NCBI RefSeq assembly: GCF_001644705.1
Contig: NZ_CP015137.1
Location: 4,887,834-4,919,833 of the forward strand
Reading direction: 5' to 3'
Origin: Dickeya solani IPO 2222
Lineage (GTDB): Bacteria; Pseudomonadota; Gammaproteobacteria; Enterobacterales; Enterobacteriaceae
DNA: 32,000 nucleotides
Under the pieces are notes generated by a model that saw only the letters and a list, made by a program, of their open reading frames with translations, was not told the DNA's origin and made no database searches. Shown in pieces: positions 26,140 to 32,000 of this stretch; positions within the stretch are counted from its first letter, which is position 1; each line of letters opens with the position of its first letter. Both the position numbers and the translations under genes were made by a program.

Positions 26140-26238
26140 TTGTTGTGCTTCCTGTTGTTGTATTTCCTGTTGTTGTATTTCCAGTTGTTGTATTTCCAGT
26201 TGTTGTACTTCCTATATGTTGTGCCTCCTATTGTTGTG
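26140..26238 (+). repeat. Right iteron array: seven copies of TTGTTGTR, in inverted orientation relative to the left array
   Basis: Copies start at 26140, 26155, 26170, 26185, 26200, 26216 and 26231, a 15-bp period with one 16-bp step. The four central units are near-identical: TTGTTGTATTTCC(T/A)G. Confidence 0.9.
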
Positions 26239-26252
26239 CCATCCGTCCGACA
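26235..26252 (+). promoter_or_regulatory. TGT-N12-ACA dyad (P2 late-promoter activator-site pattern) upstream of gpX
   Basis: TGT is at 26235-37 and ACA at 26250-52. GATAAA at 26290-95 is a possible -10, which puts the dyad near -55 to -58. Confidence 0.35.
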
Positions 26253-26317
26253 CCTTCCCCGTATTGCGACCGCCATCGTTCCTCTGGAGGATAAAGGACC
26301 CGAGATAACCCGTTTTA

Positions 26318-26359
26318 CTCGATCTTTTTTATCTGAATCTCTCGATCTTTTTATCTGAA
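26318..26359 (+). repeat. Tandem ~20-bp direct repeat just upstream of gpX
   Basis: CTCGATCTTTTTTATCTGAA (26318-37) and CTCGATCTTTTTATCTGAA (26341-59). The second ends 14 bp before the X start codon. Confidence 0.85.
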
Positions 26360-26373
26360 CCTAAAGGTATCAT

Positions 26374-26577
26374 ATGAAAGTTTACGCCCATCAGGACGAC
26401 ACCCTGGACGCGCTCTGTTACCGCTATTACGGCCGCACGCAAGGCGTGGTGGAAACGGTTATGCTGTCCAATCAGGGGCTTGCGGATCTTGGCCCCATTC
26501 TGCCACACGGCACCGCCGTCACTTTGCCCGACATGAATGTTTCCGGCTCACAGGAAAGCGTCAATCTCTGGGAATAA
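26374..26577 (+). CDS. X: P2 gpX-like tail protein (LysM-like)
   Basis: 67 aa. MKVYAHQDDTLDALCYRYYGRTQGVVETVMLSNQGLADLG..LPHGTAVTLPD...VNLWE is nearly collinear with P2 gpX as I recall it. Confidence 0.88.
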   Translation: MKVYAHQDDTLDALCYRYYGRTQGVVETVMLSNQGLADLGPILPHGTAVTLPDMNVSGSQESVNLWE

Positions 26578-26652
26578 CTCCGGACTATCAGGCTCCATGC
26601 TCGCCTTCGGCCGATAATACATGGAGATCGCCGCCACACCAGGAACCTTATC

Positions 26653-27114
26653 ATGCAAAAACCACAAAGCCTCAAACTTGCACTGACCACCGCACTACCC
26701 GCGCTGGGCAATGCGTTACAGTTTCGGATCCAGGAGGGGGAAATCGCCGCGTTGCAGGAGCCGTCCCTGTCGTTTGAATACCGCTATCAGCTGCTGCTGA
26801 CGCTGAATAATTTCGCTGACAATCCCGACACCCTTTTTGTCACCCTGCTGCTATGGGTGCGCCAGAACCAGCCGGACTTGTTAACGCGTGAAAGCATCCG
26901 CAACAAAGGCATCAGCTTTACGATCGACAACAATGCGGACAACACCAGCACGCTGTCCGTTCGGCTCAACCTGACAGAGCGCAACCGAGTCAACGAACAG
27001 AATCAAACCCTGCAGGTACAGTATGAACCGGAGCCAACGCCGCCCGAACCGGTTAGCCGCCCTACGGCGCTGTATATCGCCGGCGAACTGGTCAGCCAGT
27101 GGAAAGGGAACTGA
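26653..27114 (+). CDS. R: P2 gpR-like tail completion protein
   Basis: 153 aa. Motifs shared with my recollection of P2 gpR are KP.SL..ALT, W(V/L)R.NQPD, LTER, PPEPV.RP and LYI.GELVS.W. Confidence 0.75.
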   Translation: MQKPQSLKLALTTALPALGNALQFRIQEGEIAALQEPSLSFEYRYQLLLTLNNFADNPDTLFVTLLLWVRQNQPDLLTRESIRNKGISFTIDNNADNTSTLSVRLNLTERNRVNEQNQTLQVQYEPEPTPPEPVSRPTALYIAGELVSQWKGN

Positions 27115-27142
27115 TCCCTTCAACTATCATTTCCTCCATGAT

Positions 27143-27168
27143 GGCCGTTGCGAATACGGCCTGTTTTT
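27143..27168 (+). terminator. Rho-independent terminator after gpR
   Basis: GGCCGT, loop tgcgaat, ACGGCC, then TGTTTTT. Confidence 0.65.
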
Positions 27169-27448
27169 CCTGAGAAACGATAAGCAATGAGTATTTTATG
27201 ATTTAAATATTCATCCCATTTATTTCTAGTTCGTAATTTTCATAATAAACTTTATCTACGCGGTCTGTCTGATGCACCTTCCTTCATTTTCTTCATCGCA
27301 AATTATTTCAGAAATCGCTTTCTACTGTTATCGCCTGGGATTAATCAGTAATACCCTATGACCTTCCATGTTTAATCAGCAAAAAAAACTGCTGATGTTA
27401 TTACCTCACCCCCTCTATTTTGGATTGAATAACTGACGGGAAACACAA

Positions 27449-28213
27449 TTGGATAAAAGCCGAAGTTTGCCACGTAATATGCGAAAGGAATTATTCGATT
27501 TTAAACATTTCGGCAACAATGAGGGATTCCTTTATTACCCGAAAATCATGGAAGATATCCGTCCTTTTCTGCCTGAAAACACCATCGCCCATTACAGCGG
27601 TAATCGTGAAAAATCCAGAAAATTGCTTACTCTGTTCGGTGGTCATTTGGGTGACCCGTATTGCAGCCAGACTGCCGCTCCCAGCGCGTCACCGCAGCTC
27701 ACCAACATGTTCTCTTCCTACGGACAGCTGACGGCCAGAGCGGATTCGCCAACGCCGGTGTTTACCCAGCCCGATTTTCTGCTGCTGTATTGCCTGTGTG
27801 AAACGTCCGTCTTCAAGGTGCTGGTTGGCATTGCCAGTCTTCGCCATGTCATTCAACATCTGGACCGGCAAACCCGCACCGAATTATGCCTGCCGCAGTA
27901 TGCGCTGCGCCCCGGCGTCATCAGCCAGGAACACACACCGTTCAGTCTCCTCAGCGCTGACCACGACCCCTTTCTGACCTGTACGCCTGACCTGGCGTAT
28001 CCCCTGACCTCGCCCGCCAGATATGCGTTGCTGAAGCTCGACCCGCTGCTGAAAAACAGCATGCGATGGCTCAATCTGAAACGGGGCGATCTGCTCATTA
28101 TCGACAACCGCCGCAGTACCCACAACTGCGTGCCATTCACCCCGTTTTTCCGACAGGATTCACCTTACCTGATGCACATGTTCGTCAATAAACCGGACCC
28201 GACACGATACTGA
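27449..28213 (+). CDS. Clavaminate-synthase/TauD-like (Fe(II)/2OG dioxygenase fold) protein, possibly lacking the proximal metal ligands. It is inserted where gpS is expected.
   Basis: 254 aa with a TTG start and GGGAAA upstream. The C-terminal GDLLIIDNRRSTH...PF.P.F resembles the GDxxxxDNxRxxHGR signature of VioC/AsnO/TauD-type enzymes. PDFLLLYCLC resembles their PDxxxLxCL motif. I could not find a clear HxD/E upstream. About 330 bp of AT-rich DNA precedes it. Confidence 0.55.
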   Translation: MDKSRSLPRNMRKELFDFKHFGNNEGFLYYPKIMEDIRPFLPENTIAHYSGNREKSRKLLTLFGGHLGDPYCSQTAAPSASPQLTNMFSSYGQLTARADSPTPVFTQPDFLLLYCLCETSVFKVLVGIASLRHVIQHLDRQTRTELCLPQYALRPGVISQEHTPFSLLSADHDPFLTCTPDLAYPLTSPARYALLKLDPLLKNSMRWLNLKRGDLLIIDNRRSTHNCVPFTPFFRQDSPYLMHMFVNKPDPTRY

Positions 28214-28362
28214 TTCCTTACCCAGGCCAGGCAACGCCACTGCGCTTTATCTTGATGCAAAGGTCGTAATGAATAAGGTCGGGGCGCAAAGATCGGTGGG
28301 ACCATCCGCCACACAACCACGGCGAATTGTCTCATCCTGCGGGAAGACGCATGCTTCCCACC

Positions 28363-29004
28363 ATGAATACATACGAATATCTCTCCGAAATCCAGCGCGC
28401 ACTGCGTAACCTGATTCGTATCGGCGTCATCACCGAGGTCGATACCCAACAGGCACGCTGCCGCGTGCAGACCGGTGGCATGGTCACCGGGTGGCTCCAC
28501 TGGCTGTCCCGTCGTGCGGGGAGTTCCCGCGAATGGTGGGCACCGTCGGTGGGTGAACAGGTGTTACTGCTTGCAATAGGAGGCGAACTCAATACGGCAT
28601 TTGTCTTACCGGGTATTTACAGCGAACACCATCCGGCCCCATCGGCCTCTGCGGATGCCTGCCACATCCGCTTCCCTGATGGTGCGGTGATGGAATACGA
28701 ACCGGCCAACGGCGCGCTGACCGTCACCGGTATCAAGAGCGCGGCAGTCGTCGCATCGGAATCGGTGACCGTCACCACGAAAAACGTCACCATCAACGCC
28801 AGCCAGCGCATCACGCTGGACACCCCGGAAGTCGTCTGTACGCACAAATTAATCACCCAGACCATCGACGTTCAGCAAGGCGGCAACATCACCGGTAGCG
28901 TCACCCACTCGGGGGGAAGTTTCTCCTCCAATGGCGTGGTGGTGCATACCCATCAGCACAGCGGCGTACAAAGTGGCGGCGGCACAACAGGAGGACCTCT
29001 ATGA
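28363..29004 (+). CDS. V: P2 gpV baseplate spike
   Basis: I chose the ATG at 28363 (MNTYEYLSEIQRALRNLIRIG), which aligns with the P2 gpV N-terminus. Shared segments include RCRVQTGGM, WWAPSVGEQVL, HIRFPDGAV.EYEP and LDTPEVVCT. Confidence 0.92.
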   Translation: MNTYEYLSEIQRALRNLIRIGVITEVDTQQARCRVQTGGMVTGWLHWLSRRAGSSREWWAPSVGEQVLLLAIGGELNTAFVLPGIYSEHHPAPSASADACHIRFPDGAVMEYEPANGALTVTGIKSAAVVASESVTVTTKNVTINASQRITLDTPEVVCTHKLITQTIDVQQGGNITGSVTHSGGSFSSNGVVVHTHQHSGVQSGGGTTGGPL

Positions 29005-29351
29005 CCAGCACGTCATACACCGGCATGAATCGCAGCACCGGCGGCAGCCTCAGCGATCTGGAACATTTGCGTCAAAGCGTGCGCGATATTCTGACCACCC
29101 CGCAAGGCAGCCGTGTCATGCGGCGCAATTACGGTTCGCTGCTTTCCACCCTGATCGACCAGCCGCAAACGCCCGCGCTGAAACTACAGGTGCAGGCGGC
29201 CTGCTATGTCGCGTTGCTGAAGTGGGAACCGCGGCTGACGCTGACGTCCATCTCAATGGAAAGCCACTACGACGGCCAGTTGATTGTGGATATTTCCGGC
29301 ACCCTGGCCGGCAACGGCACATCCCTTTCGTTAACCATTCCCGTGAGCTGA
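29001..29351 (+). CDS. W: P2 gpW baseplate wedge protein (GPW/gp25 family)
   Basis: 116 aa with an ATGA overlap with V. The motif is L.QSVRDILTTP.GSRVMRR.YGS.L. Confidence 0.9.
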   Translation: MTSTSYTGMNRSTGGSLSDLEHLRQSVRDILTTPQGSRVMRRNYGSLLSTLIDQPQTPALKLQVQAACYVALLKWEPRLTLTSISMESHYDGQLIVDISGTLAGNGTSLSLTIPVS

Positions 29352-29355
29352 GATC

Positions 29356-30264
29356 ATGCCTCTTATCGACTTAAGTCAGTTACCCGCCCCTAGCGTGGTC
29401 GAAACGCTGGATTATGAAACCCTGTACGCCACACGCAAAGAAACCCTGCTGTCGCTCTACAGCGCCGATGAGCGTGAAGCCATTGCGCGCGCCCTGACGC
29501 TGGAGTCGGAACCGCTGGTGAAACTGCTGCAGGAAAACGCCTACCGCGAGCTGCTGCTGCGCCAGCGCATCAATGAAGCCGCTCAGGCCGGGATGCTGGC
29601 GTTTGCCCAGGGCAACGATCTGGACCAGTTGGGCGCCAACGTCAACGTCTCCCGACTGGTGATCACCCCGGCTGACAATACCACCGTTCCCCCGACCGCC
29701 GCCGTGATGGAATCCGATACCGATTTCCGTCTGCGCATTCAGCAGGCTTATGAAGGTCTGAGCGTGGCAGGCTCCATCGGCGCCTACCAGTTCCACGGGC
29801 GCAGCGCCAGCGGCCAGGTGGCGGATATTTCGGTCATCAGCCCTGGTCCCGCTCAGGTGCTGGTGTCGGTCCTGTCGCGGGAAAATGACGGCACGGCCAG
29901 CGATACGCTGCTTGCCACCGTCAATGCGGCGCTGAACGCCGAAGACGTCAGGCCGGTGGCTGACCGGGTTACCGTCAAATCGGCGGTGATTGTTCCTTAC
30001 GATATCAATGCCGTGCTTTACCTGTATCCCGGCCCGGAAGTCGAGCCGATCCGCGCCGCCGCCGAGAAGAAACTGCAGAGTTACGTCAGCACCCAGCACC
30101 GGCTGGGTCGCGATATCCGCCGTTCCGCCATCTACGCCGCACTGCATGTGGAAGGGGTTCAGCGGGTAGAGCTGGCTCGCCCGGCGGAGGATATCGTGCT
30201 GGACGATACCCAGGCGTCGCACTGCACCGGTTATACCCTGACGCTGGGGGGAACGGATGAATAA
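29356..30264 (+). CDS. J: P2 gpJ baseplate assembly protein
   Basis: 302 aa Baseplate_J-like protein (IDLSQLPAP.VVE.LDYE). It overlaps gene I by 8 nt. Confidence 0.9.
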   Translation: MPLIDLSQLPAPSVVETLDYETLYATRKETLLSLYSADEREAIARALTLESEPLVKLLQENAYRELLLRQRINEAAQAGMLAFAQGNDLDQLGANVNVSRLVITPADNTTVPPTAAVMESDTDFRLRIQQAYEGLSVAGSIGAYQFHGRSASGQVADISVISPGPAQVLVSVLSRENDGTASDTLLATVNAALNAEDVRPVADRVTVKSAVIVPYDINAVLYLYPGPEVEPIRAAAEKKLQSYVSTQHRLGRDIRRSAIYAALHVEGVQRVELARPAEDIVLDDTQASHCTGYTLTLGGTDE

Positions 30265-30868
30265 AAGCCCCCTGCTGCCCCCCGGTTCATCGCCGCTGGA
30301 GCATGCCGTTGCCGTCACCGGCGCCAAACTGGAAGCCGTGCCGATTCCTCTGCGCCAACTCTGGAATCCGGAGACCTGTCCGGTCGAGCTGCTGCCTTAT
30401 CTGGCCTGGACGCTATCGGTTGACCGCTGGGATGAAAGCTGGACGGAAACCGTCAAACGCAAAGTCATCAGGGACGCATTCTTTATCCACCGCCACAAGG
30501 GCACTATCGGCGCGCTGCGCCGGGTCGTTGAGCCGCTGGGATACCTGATTCGCATCAAGGAGTGGTGGCAAACCGGCGACGCCCCCGGCACCTTCCGGCT
30601 GGATATCGGTATTCAGGAATCAGGGATCACCGAAGAGTCCTTTCAGGAGCTGGAGCGCCTGATTGCCGACGCCAAACCGGTTAGCCGCCAGATGCTGGGG
30701 TTAAACATCAATCTGGACAGTTCGGGTACGCTGTTAATGGGTGCCGGCTCCTATAGCGGCGACGAACTCACCATCTACCCCTACTTCCCTGAAACCATCA
30801 GCGTTTTTGGCGAAGAGATCAATGGGGCGGCCATTCACCTGATTGATGATATCTACGTCGGTGGCTGA
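30257..30868 (+). CDS. I: P2 gpI tail/baseplate protein
   Basis: 203 aa. Segments LLP.GSSPLE, LWNP.TCP..LLP.LAW..SVDRWDE.W and HKGTIGA.RRVVEPLGYLI match my recollection of P2 gpI. Confidence 0.9.
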   Translation: MNKSPLLPPGSSPLEHAVAVTGAKLEAVPIPLRQLWNPETCPVELLPYLAWTLSVDRWDESWTETVKRKVIRDAFFIHRHKGTIGALRRVVEPLGYLIRIKEWWQTGDAPGTFRLDIGIQESGITEESFQELERLIADAKPVSRQMLGLNINLDSSGTLLMGAGSYSGDELTIYPYFPETISVFGEEINGAAIHLIDDIYVGG

Positions 30869-30885
30869 TTTTCCCCCTCGTTCCA

Positions 30886-30909
30886 AGCCAGCCTGCGCTG
30901 GCTTTTTTT
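30886..30909 (+). terminator. Rho-independent terminator between I and H
   Basis: AGCCAGC, loop ctgc, GCTGGCT, running into a run of seven T. Confidence 0.75.
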
Positions 30910-30932
30910 ATGGAGGAATCGCCGCCGGATGT

Positions 30933-30950
30933 TGTCTCCCCACGCTAACA
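30933..30950 (+). promoter_or_regulatory. GTTGT-N12-ACAAC dyad (P2 late-promoter pattern) upstream of H
   Basis: TGT is at 30933-35 and ACA at 30948-50, extendable to a 5-bp dyad. CATACT at 30985-90 as the -10 puts the dyad centre near -55. Confidence 0.4.
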
Positions 30951-31225
30951 ACGCCCGCCGGATGCGCCAACGGCGCCGACTTCGCATACTACCTCCACCC
31001 AGGCTGTGTCCCCGGGTAACGCATTTCACGACCAACACGGACGCGCACCTACCCCGGCGCATCACCCAACCTGATAACGCCTTTGGAGTCTGCGCCCGCG
31101 ACACGAACCGGGACACAGCCTACCCACAGCCGGGCATACCGGCTGGTCATCGCCCGTCGGCCAGCCCGGCTTCTCCGATGCCGCCCTGCGGCATCCTATC
31201 CTGTCAACCGTAATGAGTAATCTGC

Positions 31226-32000
31226 ATGAGTACAAAATACTTTGCTTTACTGACGAACACTGGCGCGGCGAAGCTGGCTAACGCCACCGCGCTGGGTAGC
31301 CATCTGGCTATCACGCAAATGGCGGTGGGCGATGGCGGCGGCAGCCTGCCGACCCCGACCCCCGCTCAAACCAAACTGGTCAATGAGAAACGCCGCGCCG
31401 CCCTCAACGCGTTAAGCATCGACCCGCAAAACACCAACCAGATCATGGCCGAGCAGGTGATTCCTGAGAATGAAGGCGGCTGGTGGATCCGCGAAATCGG
31501 TCTGTACGACAGCGACGGCGATCTGATCGCTGTCGCAAACTGCGCCGAGACTTATAAACCGCAGTTGCAGGAAGGATCAGGCCGGGTGCAAACCGTGCGT
31601 ATGATCCTGATTGTCAGCACGACCGAAACCATTACCCTGAAGATTGACCCGGCGGTGGTGCTGGCCACTCGTCAATACGTCGATGATAGCGCCATTGAGG
31701 TCAAGGCCTACGCCGACACCCAACTCAACGCTCATGTTGCAGCCGCCAACCCTCATCCGCAGTACGCACCGCTCAATAGTCCGGCATTGACCGGCGCGCC
31801 CACCGCGCCAACGGCGGAGAAAAGCGTGAACTCCACGCAGCTGGCCACCACCGCGTTTGTCAAAAACGTCGCCCTGCTCAAAGCGCAGAACGGCGCCGAC
31901 ATCGCCGACAAATCGGCTTTTCTCGCAAACCTGGGTTTAAGCGACGTGCTGAAAACCACCGACCTGGCGGGCATACCGCTGCCCTGGCCGCAGGCGACGC
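31226..32000 (+). CDS. H: P2 gpH tail fibre, N-terminal part (open at the window end)
   Basis: Read directly: MSTKYFALLTNTGAAKLANATALGS...MAVGDGGG...GGWWIREIGLYD...IAVANCAETYKP..EGSGR...PLNSPALTGAPTAPTA..NSTQLATTAFV. There is no stop codon before base 32000. Confidence 0.9.
   Translation, partial: MSTKYFALLTNTGAAKLANATALGSHLAITQMAVGDGGGSLPTPTPAQTKLVNEKRRAALNALSIDPQNTNQIMAEQVIPENEGGWWIREIGLYDSDGDLIAVANCAETYKPQLQEGSGRVQTVRMILIVSTTETITLKIDPAVVLATRQYVDDSAIEVKAYADTQLNAHVAAANPHPQYAPLNSPALTGAPTAPTAEKSVNSTQLATTAFVKNVALLKAQNGADIADKSAFLANLGLSDVLKTTDLAGIPLPWPQAT

Larger units (their letters stand above)
20641..32000. mobile_element. P2/186-family prophage-derived element, continuing beyond the window. 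No integrase, head, packaging or lysis genes are seen here.
   Basis: It contains CI, TraR-like, gpA, gpX, gpR, gpV, gpW, gpJ, gpI and gpH homologues in P2 order, but with large blocks missing. The left edge lies somewhere in the AT-rich 20071-20640 interval. Confidence 0.85.

Noticed and set aside
25988-26238. CRISPR array interpretation of the repeat region
   Set aside because: The conserved unit is only 8 bp with 7-8 bp between copies. The two halves are inverted relative to each other. There are no ~30-bp unique spacers and no cas genes nearby.
25756-26238. ToxIN-like type III toxin-antitoxin (repeat RNA, terminator, toxin)
   Set aside because: The order on the minus strand is suggestive. 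However, known antitoxin repeats are about 36-45 nt rather than 15-16 nt, and the downstream ORF (45-89 aa) is far smaller than ToxN/CptN-type toxins. I keep it only as a remote possibility.
26022-26358. ORFs 26022..26276 (-) and 26140..26358 (+) spanning the iterons
   Set aside because: Their translations (YNNWKYNNWKYNNRKYNNRK and LLLYFLLLYFQLLYFQLLYF) are simply the 15-bp repeat read in frame. I treat the region as non-coding repeat DNA.
28296-28317. Possible late-promoter dyad (GTGGG-N12-ACAAC) upstream of V
   Set aside because: It is only a partial match, and the implied transcription start would coincide with the V start codon, leaving no leader. I do not call a P_V promoter.
29380-30327. 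315-aa minus-strand ORF
   Set aside because: It is antisense to gpJ, which has clear homology and coupled overlaps with its neighbours. It is a shadow ORF.
30929-31213. 94-aa ORF in the I-H spacer
   Set aside because: The translation is Arg/Pro-rich, there is no Shine-Dalgarno, and it overlaps strong hairpins. It is more likely a structured non-coding leader.

Overview
The window has two parts. Bases 1-20070 look like ordinary core chromosome of a soft-rot Enterobacterales-type genome (Dickeya/Pectobacterium-like; this is inferred from protein sequences and synteny). It carries a LysR fragment, a secreted subclass-B3-like metallo-beta-lactamase, and narK divergent from narX-narL with a perfect FNR box and NarL heptamers between them. 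It also carries a family-3 membrane acyltransferase, a DUF481 outer-membrane protein, prc-proQ, msrC(yebR), letA-letB(yebS-yebT), rsmF(yebU), yebW and a methyl-accepting chemotaxis protein.

After a ~570 bp AT-rich gap, bases ~20641 to >32000 are a P2/186-family phage-derived element with an unusual architecture. It starts with a 186-type CI repressor whose N-terminal HTH domain is tandemly duplicated. A divergent early operon follows: two unrecognised ORFs, a DUF2732-like ORF, a TraR/DksA zinc finger and a full-length gpA rolling-circle initiator. Next comes a near-consensus LexA box driving a 73-aa ORF, in the position of 186 tum. After that are two opposed arrays of 8-bp iterons (seven copies each, 15-16 bp period). 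Tail genes follow directly: X, R, an AT-rich insertion carrying a clavaminate-synthase/TauD-like 254-aa ORF, then V, W, J, I, a terminator plus a ~320 bp GC-rich structured spacer, and the start of the H tail fibre.

I could not find an integrase, a recognisable Cox/Apl, the head and packaging genes Q-P-O-N-M-L, the lysis cassette or gpS in this window. The element is therefore either a domesticated tail-only (tailocin-like) element or a partly deleted prophage. The iteron arrays, the SOS-controlled small ORF, the duplicated-HTH repressor and the inserted dioxygenase-like gene are the items most worth follow-up. All homology statements rest on my recollection of protein families, not on searches.
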